A stretch of DNA of 64,000 bases from the sequence record NC_052653.1; one strand, given 5' to 3'. This DNA comes from Escherichia phage vB_vPM_PD06. Below are positions 46,461 to 56,770 of this stretch, piece by piece; the first letter of the stretch is position 1; the number at the start of each line of letters is the position of its first letter. The notes under the pieces are model-generated. The model was not told where the DNA came from and did no database searches. It saw only the letters and a list, made by a program, of their open reading frames with translations. The position numbers were made by a program, and so were the translations under genes.

Positions 46461-47579
46461 ATTAGCGGTTACATTTTAATCCAACCGGAAGACCTGCACA
46501 AATATGTTGACGAGAACACAATTCTTGCAATAGACTACGATCAAGTGGCGTTCCAAGCATCTTCGGCTTTAGAACAAAGAAAAATCCACGCTGTACACAA
46601 GGCTTCCGGTAATGTAAAAGAGTTTGAAACAAGAACAGATTTTTGGGGTAAATCTTCAAAAAATATTGGAGGATGGTTAGGAGCACTTAACGCGCAACGC
46701 GAAGCTGCTGGTAAGAAGTTGTTCTCTAGAGAAGATTTTGAAATAAAAGATGTTCAAATAGTCCCAGATAATATTTCTTTTACGTTTCAAGCTGCAAAGA
46801 CAAAAATAACCCAGATGATGGATCACCTAAAACTTCAAAAGTATTGCGGTGTCATCGGGGTAGGAAAAACCTTCCGGCATTCTTTCAAAATGCCAAAAGA
46901 ATATAAATCAGAACGATCAGATTTAAGACCAATCCATTTATCAGATACTAAAGATTATCTAGTTGAAAAACATAACGGTGACGTTGTTACTGGTATTGAG
47001 GCAGATGATGCTTTAGAAATCTATGGATATGCAGGGTATAAAGCCTACAAGGAAACTGGTAAGTTTTCTCATATTGTAGCATCTATCGACAAAGATAGCT
47101 TGCACACACCAAGTTTACTCTTTAACTTTTATAAAGAGGATGGTGTTTATAAAAATCCTTGTATTATTCTGATTGATGAATCTATTGGTGATATCTGGAT
47201 CGTAGAAAAAGGTAAGAAAAAAGAAATTAAGGGTTGGGGTAGTTACTGGTTAGCTTATCAAATGCTAATGGGTGATAAGACAGATAGTATTCGACCTTAC
47301 CAAGATTTCGATGTTAAGTTTGGAGATATTACTTGCTTTAATCTTATTTCCAAATGTAAAACACAGGCTGAACTTTTTCAGACAGTTAAAGATCAGTATT
47401 ATGAATGGTTCCCAGATGGCGTTAAATTTACTTCTTGGGATGGTGAAGAAGTAGAGATGACAACTGACGAATGGATAGAGACAATTTTTCAGTTGGTATA
47501 TATGAAACGTTGGGCGAATGATGAAACAACTTTTGAAAGTATGCTACAAGCATATATTTCAGAGCAGGAGGAACATTGA
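46461..47579 (+). CDS. rnh: RNase H / 5'-3' exonuclease (FEN family); 5' end uncertain
   Basis: GIEADD motif, LMGDKTDSI motif, and N-terminal ILAIDYDQVAF resembling the T4 RNase H N-terminus; conserved N-terminal residues lie upstream of the first in-frame GTG (46545) with no in-frame ATG. Confidence 0.5.
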   Translation: MSGYILIQPEDLHKYVDENTILAIDYDQVAFQASSALEQRKIHAVHKASGNVKEFETRTDFWGKSSKNIGGWLGALNAQREAAGKKLFSREDFEIKDVQIVPDNISFTFQAAKTKITQMMDHLKLQKYCGVIGVGKTFRHSFKMPKEYKSERSDLRPIHLSDTKDYLVEKHNGDVVTGIEADDALEIYGYAGYKAYKETGKFSHIVASIDKDSLHTPSLLFNFYKEDGVYKNPCIILIDESIGDIWIVEKGKKKEIKGWGSYWLAYQMLMGDKTDSIRPYQDFDVKFGDITCFNLISKCKTQAELFQTVKDQYYEWFPDGVKFTSWDGEEVEMTTDEWIETIFQLVYMKRWANDETTFESMLQAYISEQEEH

Positions 47580-48538
47580 GTAAATTAACAGACGAACAGA
47601 AAGCCTTGATTGTATCTATGAAAGCACAAGGTTATTCTTCGCGTAAGATTGCACAAGAGGTGTTGGGAAGTTCTACTAAGAAGAGCACAGTAAATGATTA
47701 CTTAGCTCGTGTAAATTCACCACATCGCGGTGCTCCGCAAGATAAAGGTGGGCCAGTAATTAAAATTATTGACGTAGAGACAGCACCTGAGATTGTGTAT
47801 AGCTTCTCACGTTTCAAAGCCTTTATTGCACCTGAACAAGTTATTCGTCGAGGTTACTTGCTTTCCTATTCATCTGCTGATTTAGAAACAGGAGAAGTAG
47901 AAGGTAAGAACCTTAGCAATTACCCTCTGTTTGACATAGATCATACAGATGATTGGGAATTATGTCAAGATCTGTGGCACTTGCTTGACGATGCAGATAT
48001 TGTGATCGCGCACAACGGTATTAAGTTTGATAAGGCTTATATTAACCAACGTTTTGCTTTTCACGGTATGGAGCCACCATCACACTATGTTGTAATTGAT
48101 ACACTCAAGGTAGCTAAGAAGCAGTTTGCACTACCTTCTAATGCGCTTAAAGAAATGTGTTTGTATTTTGATACAGAAAACTTTAAACTTGATAATGAAG
48201 GTTTTCCTTTGTGGAAAGCATGTTGTGAAGGAGACAGACACGCCTTCTTCCGTATGCAAACATACAACGATGGTGATGTTGTTTCTCTCAGAGATCTTTA
48301 CATCAAACTTCGTGCGTGGATTCCACAACATCCTAACGTATCTGCATTCTATGACGATGAAAAACTTCGTTGTCCTCGTTGCGGTAAAGAGCACCTTGAA
48401 GTTGTTCCTGGTAAGGTTTACACAACAGCGGTTAGTACATTCCAAGTGCTAAGATGCACATCATGTAATAGCCTGTCTCGTGGACGTGTTAATTTGCGTA
48501 GCAAAGAGAAGCGTGTAAACACTGTTATTGGAATTTAA
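47576..48538 (+). CDS. DEDD-family 3'-5' exonuclease with N-terminal HTH and C-terminal zinc ribbon
   Basis: 320 aa; IIDVETAP and HNGIKFDKAY exonuclease motifs; CPRCG...CTSCN near C-terminus. Confidence 0.45.
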   Translation: MSKLTDEQKALIVSMKAQGYSSRKIAQEVLGSSTKKSTVNDYLARVNSPHRGAPQDKGGPVIKIIDVETAPEIVYSFSRFKAFIAPEQVIRRGYLLSYSSADLETGEVEGKNLSNYPLFDIDHTDDWELCQDLWHLLDDADIVIAHNGIKFDKAYINQRFAFHGMEPPSHYVVIDTLKVAKKQFALPSNALKEMCLYFDTENFKLDNEGFPLWKACCEGDRHAFFRMQTYNDGDVVSLRDLYIKLRAWIPQHPNVSAFYDDEKLRCPRCGKEHLEVVPGKVYTTAVSTFQVLRCTSCNSLSRGRVNLRSKEKRVNTVIGI

Positions 48539-48540
48539 TA

Positions 48541-48567
48541 AAAAGGGGCGAAAGCCCCTTTATTTTT
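48541..48567 (+). terminator. intrinsic terminator
   Basis: AGGGGC-GAAA-GCCCCT hairpin followed by TTATTTTTGG. Confidence 0.55.
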
Positions 48568-48576
48568 GGAGGATTT

Positions 48577-48978
48577 ATGACTACAGCACTGGATATTCAA
48601 ATTGATGGTGATCACTACAAACGTATGCGTATGCAACCTTTGGAACTTGCATATCTAATTGGTGCAACTCCTTGTTTCACTAAGTTAGCTAAGTATGCTT
48701 GTCGAAACAAAGGTGATCGTGTGATCAACCTAAACAAAGCGATTCACGTTATTCATATTGAAAAAGAATTGAGTGATAAATATTACAATATGTTGTATGA
48801 AGCCTACCCTAACTTAAAAAATCCTGTAAAAATTGAGTTAGCTAATCAGCTAATTGATTTATACACAGACGATGATCTTGTTCGTAAGGCTTTAAAAGCA
48901 ATGTATAAAGGTAAGTATATTGAAGCAGCAGATGCTATTGAACAATTGAAGGAGAGTGTAGATGGCTTCTCACGGTAA
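48577..48978 (+). CDS. hypothetical protein (DUF3310-like GDHY motif)
   Basis: 133 aa; IQIDGDHYKRMRMQPLE near N-terminus. Confidence 0.35.
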   Translation: MTTALDIQIDGDHYKRMRMQPLELAYLIGATPCFTKLAKYACRNKGDRVINLNKAIHVIHIEKELSDKYYNMLYEAYPNLKNPVKIELANQLIDLYTDDDLVRKALKAMYKGKYIEAADAIEQLKESVDGFSR

Positions 48979-49156
48979 ACAATACGGAGAGGGTGAAGTA
49001 TATAAAATATACAATAAACGTGGAGATAAACTCCTATATACAATCACAATCCCAGAAAACATGTGTAAGGCTGGTTTAGACCGTATGCTTTTCTTTAAAT
49101 ATAACATTCCACCTGGAGATTATGTAGCTAAAAAGGTGAGCACTATTGGAAAATAA
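48962..49156 (+). CDS. hypothetical protein
   Basis: 64 aa ORF. Confidence 0.3.
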   Translation: MASHGKQYGEGEVYKIYNKRGDKLLYTITIPENMCKAGLDRMLFFKYNIPPGDYVAKKVSTIGK

Positions 49157-49721
49157 AGAACCTAAAGTTATTTGGGGAGATGGAACACCTTGGAAAACTC
49201 AAGCAGCCTTTTATACATATTTAAGGGGTTGCTTAAGGAAAGCATGGGTGAGACACCCGAATAAGATAAAAAAGATCCAATCTGTACGATTTAAAGCCGA
49301 TAGATTGGATAAAGACGGCAATGTAGTTTTAGATAAGAAAACAGGCAAACCGAAACAGGTTTGGAATTGTCAATGTGAATTGTGTGGACATACAGGAGGT
49401 ATGAAAGACTTTCAAGTAGACCATATTAATGCAGCAGGTACATTAACCTGTTATGAAGATATCCCAAGTTTTGTTTTACGCCTATTGTATGTAACAGAAG
49501 ACGACCTGCGTGTAGTTTGTAAGCAGTGTAACGCTATCCTAGCTTATGCTGACAAGCACGATATGACATTCAGGGAAGCAAAAGCGGAGAAGGAAGCGAT
49601 AGCTTTATGCCAGTCTAAAAAGGATAAAAATTGGCTAACGAAGCGCGGAATTTCACCAGAAAGTACAGTAAGTAAGCGAAGAAAACAAATAGTAAAAATT
49701 CTTCTTGACGAAGAGAAATAA
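49146..49721 (+). mobile_element. free-standing HNH endonuclease
   Basis: 191 aa; CQCELCG ... DHINAAG ... CKQCN matches the HNH zinc-finger nuclease pattern. Confidence 0.5.
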
Positions 49722-49766
49722 TAAAATATTATCGCTCCCACAAACGGGAGCGTTAGAGGAGAAAAT

Positions 49767-50330
49767 ATGGCTAAACTTTATTTCCGATATAGTCCGATGA
49801 ACAGTGGTAAAAGCACACATCTTCTACAAACAGCTTGGAACTATAAAGAAAGAAATATGAAAGTTCTTCTTTTAACTTCAGCTTTAGATACCAGATCTGG
49901 TGGTGCTATTGCTTCTAGGATAGGTATTAAAGAGGAAGCAAAACCAGTTAAAACAAAAGAAGATATGCTGGAAATTTATACACAACTTAAAGAGAATCCA
50001 GTAGATGCAGTATTTGTGGATGAATCACAATTCCTAACTAAAGATATGGTTGACATTCTTGGAGATGTGGTAGACAATTACGATATTCCTGTATTCTGCT
50101 ATGGACTTAAAACAGATTTTGCTACAGAATTGTTTGAAGGTTCTGAACGGTTATTAGCCATAGCAGATTCAATTACAGAATTGAAAAGCATTTGTAAATG
50201 TGGAAGAAAAGCTATTTTCAATGCTAGACTTATCGACTCTAAAGAACAGATTGTTATTGGAGGAGAAGACATTTACGAAACAATGTGTAGAAAATGTTAT
50301 AACAGGAGAAATAATGCGTCTAGTATGTGA
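49767..50330 (+). CDS. tdk: thymidine kinase
   Basis: 187 aa; P-loop SPMNSGKST, DESQF motif, C-terminal Cys cluster. Confidence 0.7.
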   Translation: MAKLYFRYSPMNSGKSTHLLQTAWNYKERNMKVLLLTSALDTRSGGAIASRIGIKEEAKPVKTKEDMLEIYTQLKENPVDAVFVDESQFLTKDMVDILGDVVDNYDIPVFCYGLKTDFATELFEGSERLLAIADSITELKSICKCGRKAIFNARLIDSKEQIVIGGEDIYETMCRKCYNRRNNASSM

Positions 50331-50904
50331 TTGGGATTTAGTAATAGCTCCAGCGGATATAGAATGGTTAAATTGGTTAAATGCGGTAAGTAGATCTAAT
50401 ATCAAATTTGATAAGACACATAAAACTGTGCACTATGATATTACGAAATATTTCCCTGATTTTAAAAAGCAATTTGGTGTAGATCCTTACTCTTTTTGGG
50501 ATAACCAACATCTATATGATACTATGGGAGTAGTACCTAATAGTACAGATGTTGTTCATCGTATAATTGCAAATGGATCTAATATATCTATAGCGAGCCA
50601 CACTAAAGGTGGACACCTTAGTTCTAAATATAGACACGTAACACGATCTTTAGATAAAGTGGATTTTAGTAGAACATCTGGTAATGGTTTTTTCGCAACA
50701 AAAGAAAAATACTTATTACCTTGCGATGTAACTATTGACGATAGGGCTGAAAATCTTGTCCTGTTTCCAGATGAAACGTTGAAAATATATTTCAACACTA
50801 TTTACGAAGATCCATATTTGGAAGAGTTAAAGAAACTTCCTAATGTAATTATCACTGGTTTAGACAATCAGTGGGAAGAAATTGAAAGTATTTTACTACC
50901 TTAA
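50314..50904 (+). CDS. putative HAD-type 5'(3')-deoxyribonucleotidase
   Basis: ATG at 50314 with GGAG upstream, overlaps tdk 3' end by 17 nt; N-terminal CDWDLVIA gives a DxD motif; assignment tentative. Confidence 0.3.
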   Translation: MRLVCDWDLVIAPADIEWLNWLNAVSRSNIKFDKTHKTVHYDITKYFPDFKKQFGVDPYSFWDNQHLYDTMGVVPNSTDVVHRIIANGSNISIASHTKGGHLSSKYRHVTRSLDKVDFSRTSGNGFFATKEKYLLPCDVTIDDRAENLVLFPDETLKIYFNTIYEDPYLEELKKLPNVIITGLDNQWEEIESILLP

Positions 50905-50913
50905 GGAGAAATA

Positions 50914-51885
50914 ATGACAAATTCTATTTCAGCAAAAATTATTGCACACTCTCAAACATCCGAAGGTAAGGATATTGTTACCTTTGAACTTGAATATCCT
51001 CGAATCATTCACTCTGAATTGATGACGCATCGTTTGTTTTCTCGTAATGCAGCATCAAGTCGAGCTATCCCTGTTAAAACTCTAATTGAAATGGTACGGC
51101 AATCTCCAGCACGTCCTTATCGTTTTGGTGCTAACCAACCAGGTATGCAAGATAAAGGCACAGATCACGATGCCCTGATTGATGCAGGTTACACTGCAAA
51201 AGAATGGTGGGACTTGGCTGCTCTAAGTGCTGCACGTTTTGCAGAAGAGTTTGCCCTTGCTGGTTATCATAAACAGGTTGCAAACCGCCTACTAGAACCA
51301 TTTCAGCGTATGAAGACTGTAGTAACCACTACAGAACTAGAAAACTTCTTGTGGTTGCGCGTAGATGCTGATGCAGATCCTACTATTGAGGCTCTTGCTA
51401 AAGAAATTAAAAAACTGTATGAATCTTCTGAACCATATCTTCTTTTCCCAGGAGAATGGCATACACCTTACGTTAATCGTGATCGAGATCCAGAAACTGG
51501 TATGATCCGTTATTTCTTGGGTGAAACCTTCTCCAACGAGAAAATGTTGACAGAAGACGAAGCAAAAGCTATTTCAGCTTCTTGTTGCGCTCAGGTAAGT
51601 TATCGTAAGTTGAATGATACTAAAGATAAAGCATTGGATATCTATTCTCGTTTGCTGTCTGGACAAAAGGTACATGCATCTCCGTTTGAACACCAGGCAA
51701 CGCCAATGAAAGAAATGGATTTGTCAGGATTAAAACAACAGAAAGGTGGTATTAATATTCCTCCGTTCCCTTCCTCTTGGGAAGAAGGTATTACACACAT
51801 GGATCGTAAACATCGTTTGTGGAGTGGAAACTTCTGTGGTTGGATTCAACATCGTCAACTTTTGACAAACCATACAAAATGGTGA
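50914..51885 (+). CDS. thyX: flavin-dependent thymidylate synthase (ThyX-like)
   Basis: 323 aa; THRLFSRNAASSR matches the ThyX RHR-x7-S-x-R signature except Thr for the first Arg. Confidence 0.55.
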   Translation: MTNSISAKIIAHSQTSEGKDIVTFELEYPRIIHSELMTHRLFSRNAASSRAIPVKTLIEMVRQSPARPYRFGANQPGMQDKGTDHDALIDAGYTAKEWWDLAALSAARFAEEFALAGYHKQVANRLLEPFQRMKTVVTTTELENFLWLRVDADADPTIEALAKEIKKLYESSEPYLLFPGEWHTPYVNRDRDPETGMIRYFLGETFSNEKMLTEDEAKAISASCCAQVSYRKLNDTKDKALDIYSRLLSGQKVHASPFEHQATPMKEMDLSGLKQQKGGINIPPFPSSWEEGITHMDRKHRLWSGNFCGWIQHRQLLTNHTKW

Positions 51886-51902
51886 TCAACTTAAAATTAT
51901 AG

Positions 51903-51931
51903 TTGACTTTTAATTGAGATTCGTGTAGTAT
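51903..51931 (+). promoter_or_regulatory. candidate sigma70-like promoter
   Basis: TTGACT, 17-nt spacer, TAGTAT; followed by GGAGAGC-TAT-GCTCTCC hairpin and an AAGGAG RBS. Confidence 0.4.
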
Positions 51932-51982
51932 AGGCTAACGTTAGGAGAGCTATGCTCTCCTTAAAAGAGAGAAGGAGAATTT

Positions 51983-52393
51983 ATGTCACTAATTAATACA
52001 ACCATTTGGGCGACCGTAAGTATGTCTACCATTAAGGCTACACCGATCTGGAAAGAAATGGCTAAAAAGCACGGAGGAAAAATTCCTCACGAGTATCATA
52101 ACACTACATTGCGAGCAGCATTAGTAATGCTTGGTATGTCTACCGATGGACATTATACAGTAGAACGTGGTGTTAATATTCGTAGTAACAACAATCGACG
52201 TGTGGTGTTTGCAAATACTACATTGTATACTTTCCCAGTTCGACAAGACTATAAATATAAGCGAATCTATCAAGGTGTAGATATTTTGCACTTTGGAGAA
52301 GAAGATTTTACAGGTTGGGGTAGCTCTCATATCAAAATGGAAGACTTCGGAAATGAACATGATCCATCACGAGATGATGATTCTGAATTCTAA
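51983..52393 (+). CDS. hypothetical protein
   Basis: 136 aa ORF. Confidence 0.4.
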   Translation: MSLINTTIWATVSMSTIKATPIWKEMAKKHGGKIPHEYHNTTLRAALVMLGMSTDGHYTVERGVNIRSNNNRRVVFANTTLYTFPVRQDYKYKRIYQGVDILHFGEEDFTGWGSSHIKMEDFGNEHDPSRDDDSEF

Positions 52394-52405
52394 TTGAGAG
52401 GCTAA

Positions 52406-52654
52406 ATGACAGAAAGTAATAAATATGAAGGCTGTGAAATTGAAGTCTATTTTGATGAAACATTAGGTTGCAATGTAACAGTTATCCTTGATACATCTAA
52501 AAGATTATCCCCAAAAAGACAAGAAGCAGACCGCAAAGCAAAGGCAAAAGGTTTTGAAGGTATAGATCATTTTGAAGGTTTTCTATACGCAAATGGCTTA
52601 TATAATGAGATGCGTGGCGGTTATGATGTAGATGTTCTAAACATGCACAATTAA
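52406..52654 (+). CDS. hypothetical protein
   Basis: 82 aa ORF. Confidence 0.35.
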   Translation: MTESNKYEGCEIEVYFDETLGCNVTVILDTSKRLSPKRQEADRKAKAKGFEGIDHFEGFLYANGLYNEMRGGYDVDVLNMHN

Positions 52655-52665
52655 TAGGAGAGGAA

Positions 52666-54927
52666 GTGACTCAGTATCTAAGCAAATCTATCCGTTATGT
52701 AACAAAAACAAACGGCAAGAAAGAAGAATTTAATCCAGAAAAACTTCGTAAATGGTCAGAGTTTGCTGCTGGTAAATTAAATTGGTCTGAAATTGAACTT
52801 GAAGCTGTTAAACGTTGTTACGACGGTGTGCCTACTCGTGATTTACATAAAGCTATGATAGCAGCATGTATTGATAAGAAAGATCAGGCATACAGTGATA
52901 TGGCAGGTCGGTTACTTCTTGGTATGATTTATAAACAGGCTCATGGGGGATATCACAATATCCCCTCCCTCCTGGATTTCTACAATATGTCTGTAAGTAA
53001 AGGCTATTGGGGAAAAATGGATTATACAGAAGAAGAAATTATTGAGATTGGTAAGATTGTCAATCACGATAAAAACCTAACTTATGGTTATTCCGTACTG
53101 CGCCAGATGGTTGATAAGTATCTTGTGAAAGATGCGATCAATGATGTTGTTTTTGAATCACCACAGTTTTTATTTATTGGTGTAGCAATGAAGGTAATGG
53201 AAATCCAACCAAAAGATCGCAGAGTAGAAGACATTAAACGTCTATATACCTACGTAAGTGATCTTAAGATTAATTTACCATCGCCTTATTTAACAACTTT
53301 GCGTACTAAGATTAAAGGTAGTGCTTCTTGTTGTCTGTTTAGAGCAGATGATACAGCAGAATCTTTAGCAATTGCTAACTATCTTGCGCATGAATATACA
53401 TTGAATAATGCAGGTATTGGTGTTAACCTTCAAACCCGTGCCACAGGACAAGGTGTTAAGAACAACCGTATCGTTCACGGTGGTCTTTTACCATATCTGA
53501 AATGGATGGAGACAAGTGTTGGAGCATCAAAACAAGCAAGTCGTGGTGGAAGTGCAACAGTAACGTTTACAATACTAGAACCTGATTTTGAAGATCTGGT
53601 ACGTTTGAAAAACCCAACTACTGTTAGTGAAAAACGAGTAGATAAACTTGATTACTCTATCGTAGTAAACAATGCTTTCCTGCGCCGTGCAGCAAAAGGT
53701 AAAGATTGGATGCTAGTTAGTTATGACGAAGCACCAGAACTCTATGAGGCGCTTTATAAAAGCGAGGAAGAGTTTGAAGAAGTATATGAAAAAGTTAGTC
53801 GCAAACGTATTAAGAAGAAGTTTGTAAAAGCACGAGATCTTCTGGCAGAAATTATTACACAAAGAGCAGAGACAGGACGTATTTATATGTTCTTTGCGGA
53901 TAATGCTAATAGGCATACTCCGTTTAAGGATGTTATTTATCAGTCAAACTTGTGCCAAGAAATTTTCTTACCTACGAAAGCATTTCACAATATGACTGAT
54001 CTTTTCACAGGTGAGAATACAGAAGATCAAGAATTGGCATTATGCTTCCTGTCTTCTATTGTAGCTGGTCGTGTTACACCAGAAGAATATGAAGATGTTG
54101 CATATTATACAGTTCTAACTATTGATAATGTTATTGAAACAATGCAGTATCCGTTTAAACATAACGAAATCACTGCTAAAGCACGTAGGTCTATCGGTGT
54201 AGGTATTACAAACCTTGCACATTATCTGGCAAGTAATTTTGTTACTTATTCAGATCCTTACGGCAAAAAACTAATTCACGAATTAGCAGAAAGGCATTAT
54301 TACTGGTTAGCAAGAGCTTCTCTTCGTTTGGCAAAAGAGAAGGGTAATGCACAATGGATGCATAAAACCAAATGGCCTGAAGGATGGTTGCCTATTGACA
54401 CCTACGCTAAAGCTGTAGACGATATTGGCAATTTTAAACTTAAAATGGATTGGGAAGGTTTACGACAAGATATCATTGCACAAGGTGGTATCCGAAATAG
54501 TGTATTAGCAGCTATTGCTCCAAATGAGTCCAGTAGTCTTGTAAGTAATACGACTAACTCTGTGTATCCTGTACGTGATACTATAGTTTATAAACAAAGC
54601 CAAAAAGGTAATGTTCTGTTTATTGTGCCAGATTACGATAAACTAAAAGATATTTACCAATCGGCTTGGGATACACCAGATAAAGATATGGCTGAAGCAT
54701 ATGGACTGTTGACTAAATTCTTAGATCAAGGTGCATCATGTGATAAGTGGATTGACTATTCTAAGATGGAAGGTGGTCGTTTATCCATTAAATCAGAAAT
54801 GCAATATATTCTTCAGTTTGCAAAACTTGGTGGTAAATCTTTGTACTATCTAAATAGCAGAACAAAATCGGCAACCTCACTCGCTCAAGAGGATGAAGAA
54901 TCCGGTTGTGAGTCTTGTAAGATGTAA
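52666..54927 (+). CDS. nrdA: ribonucleoside-diphosphate reductase alpha subunit (class I)
   Basis: 753 aa, GTG start with AGGAGAGGAA upstream; class Ia size, paired with nrdB. Confidence 0.7.
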   Translation: MTQYLSKSIRYVTKTNGKKEEFNPEKLRKWSEFAAGKLNWSEIELEAVKRCYDGVPTRDLHKAMIAACIDKKDQAYSDMAGRLLLGMIYKQAHGGYHNIPSLLDFYNMSVSKGYWGKMDYTEEEIIEIGKIVNHDKNLTYGYSVLRQMVDKYLVKDAINDVVFESPQFLFIGVAMKVMEIQPKDRRVEDIKRLYTYVSDLKINLPSPYLTTLRTKIKGSASCCLFRADDTAESLAIANYLAHEYTLNNAGIGVNLQTRATGQGVKNNRIVHGGLLPYLKWMETSVGASKQASRGGSATVTFTILEPDFEDLVRLKNPTTVSEKRVDKLDYSIVVNNAFLRRAAKGKDWMLVSYDEAPELYEALYKSEEEFEEVYEKVSRKRIKKKFVKARDLLAEIITQRAETGRIYMFFADNANRHTPFKDVIYQSNLCQEIFLPTKAFHNMTDLFTGENTEDQELALCFLSSIVAGRVTPEEYEDVAYYTVLTIDNVIETMQYPFKHNEITAKARRSIGVGITNLAHYLASNFVTYSDPYGKKLIHELAERHYYWLARASLRLAKEKGNAQWMHKTKWPEGWLPIDTYAKAVDDIGNFKLKMDWEGLRQDIIAQGGIRNSVLAAIAPNESSSLVSNTTNSVYPVRDTIVYKQSQKGNVLFIVPDYDKLKDIYQSAWDTPDKDMAEAYGLLTKFLDQGASCDKWIDYSKMEGGRLSIKSEMQYILQFAKLGGKSLYYLNSRTKSATSLAQEDEESGCESCKM

Positions 54928-54967
54928 TGAAACTAGGGGGCTTTGTCCCCCTTTCTTAAGGAGGAAT

Positions 54968-55303
54968 ATGCCTACATTAGTTGTATTACCTGGGGCAACA
55001 CCACAAAGACGCTGGGGAAATTATACACTGGTAGATAGTAAAGATTTTACATTCGATTGGTGTTGTCATTATATTGCAGGTTTTCAATTTTCCAGTGTTG
55101 AAATATGGGCTTCCAATGATCCCATAGCTACCTGGTATGCTTTAACCAGAGCAAGGTATGAGGGAGAGGTTACTATACTACTCACAAAGAGTGTATGGGA
55201 CGCATTAGAGAAGGCTTACATAGAGAATGGTATGGAGAGAAAACACATTGATACAATAAAAGCAATGTGTGATATCGTGGAGGATTTAAATGGCAGCGAT
55301 TAA
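54968..55303 (+). CDS. hypothetical protein between nrdA and nrdB
   Basis: ATG at 54968 with AAGGAGG RBS; 111 aa. Confidence 0.35.
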   Translation: MPTLVVLPGATPQRRWGNYTLVDSKDFTFDWCCHYIAGFQFSSVEIWASNDPIATWYALTRARYEGEVTILLTKSVWDALEKAYIENGMERKHIDTIKAMCDIVEDLNGSD

Positions 55304-56375
55304 TTTATACAACGACACTTACAAAGAAGGTTTCTACCCTGTATTTTTGGGAGAACAGTTAGGTATTTTTGATTCTATTAATGTAACATACCCAGAAATG
55401 CATCGTCTGTACAAACTACAAAAACAGCAAGATTGGGATGAAAACGAAGTAAACTTAGATCAGACACGAAAAGATTTCGTAGCTTGTTCTAAAAGCAACT
55501 ACGATGTTATGATCAAAAACCTATCCTTCCAATGGGAAAATGATTCACTTGCTAAATCAATCATCACTTTGTTTGCACCATTTTTAAGCAACAACGAAGC
55601 ATGTGCAATGATGATGAAGCAATCAGAAATGGAAGTTCTACACGCTTTGACATATTCTGAAATTATTCGTCAGTGTATCCCTAATCCAAATGAAGTTATC
55701 GATCAGATTATGGAGAACGAAAGAATCTTCCAGAGGATGGGTATAGTTGAAGAGGTAATGAGTGATCTGGCAGAGGCAGGACATAAATATGCTCTAGGTC
55801 TGATTGAGAAGGATGATAACCTTCGTCTACTGATCCTGAAAGGAATGATTGCACTTATCGGTCTGGAAGGCATTCAATTCATATCCTCTTTTGCTGCAAC
55901 ATTTGCCTTAGCAGAGCAGCAACTGTTTGTAGGTGCAGCTAAACTCATTCAAAAAATTATGTTGGATGAACTATTGCACGTTAAAATGGATTATGCTATT
56001 ATTGATGCACTGCTGAAAGATCCTGTTTGGAGAAAAGTATACGAAGATAATATCGACGTTCTGACAGAAATTCTTGACACGGTAGTTGGACAAGAGGAAG
56101 ATTGGTGTGACTATCTGTTTAGTGAAGGAAGGGTTATCGTTGGTGGTAACGCAGAGTTGTTCAAACTTTGGGTTTACTTCAATGCTGCGCCTATCTATCG
56201 CAGACTGAAAATGAAACACAAATTCCGTGCACCGAAGAAAAGTCCACTGCCTTGGATGGATGTTTGGTTAAATCCAGATCAAATTCAAGCAGCAGCACAG
56301 GAGATCCAAATTACAGCTTACAAACTGAATTCAGCAAATAAAGATGTAAGTGATGACGAGGAGTTAGACTTCTAA
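55290..56375 (+). CDS. nrdB: ribonucleoside-diphosphate reductase beta subunit
   Basis: 361 aa; paired ExxH motifs (MEVLHALTYSE, DELLHVKM), acidic C-terminal tail. Confidence 0.65.
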   Translation: MAAINLYNDTYKEGFYPVFLGEQLGIFDSINVTYPEMHRLYKLQKQQDWDENEVNLDQTRKDFVACSKSNYDVMIKNLSFQWENDSLAKSIITLFAPFLSNNEACAMMMKQSEMEVLHALTYSEIIRQCIPNPNEVIDQIMENERIFQRMGIVEEVMSDLAEAGHKYALGLIEKDDNLRLLILKGMIALIGLEGIQFISSFAATFALAEQQLFVGAAKLIQKIMLDELLHVKMDYAIIDALLKDPVWRKVYEDNIDVLTEILDTVVGQEEDWCDYLFSEGRVIVGGNAELFKLWVYFNAAPIYRRLKMKHKFRAPKKSPLPWMDVWLNPDQIQAAAQEIQITAYKLNSANKDVSDDEELDF

Positions 56376-56593
56376 TGAAACTACTTTGTGTTGGATTAAT
56401 TTCTGACTTCAAAGACGTTTTCGAAAAGGGAGCCTCTTACGAGGCTTCCGAATTACAGAATGGTTTCTGTGATGTTTACGGCAAACGTTTAAAAAAGAAT
56501 GGTGATCATTGGCTAGGAGTTATGTCTTGCGGTCATATTATAGTTAATGGTGTAGCCAAGTTTGAAATTATCAAAGGAGAAAAAGATGATTGA
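56375..56593 (+). CDS. hypothetical protein
   Basis: 72 aa ORF. Confidence 0.3.
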   Translation: MKLLCVGLISDFKDVFEKGASYEASELQNGFCDVYGKRLKKNGDHWLGVMSCGHIIVNGVAKFEIIKGEKDD

Positions 56594-56768
56594 TTTTGTT
56601 GATGTAGATATTAATTCTGACTTAACAGAAGATGAAGGTGGTGCTTTTGTATGTTCAGATGGAGAGAAATGTTTTACTCTGATGGTAGAGACTTATGATG
56701 GTATCACAGAAATTCTATTAACAGAGAATGAGTTAAAACAGATGTTAGAAAAGATTGAGGAGCTTTAA
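56586..56768 (+). CDS. hypothetical acidic protein
   Basis: ATG at 56586 with AAGGAG RBS. Confidence 0.3.
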   Translation: MIDFVDVDINSDLTEDEGGAFVCSDGEKCFTLMVETYDGITEILLTENELKQMLEKIEEL

Positions 56769-56770
56769 TA

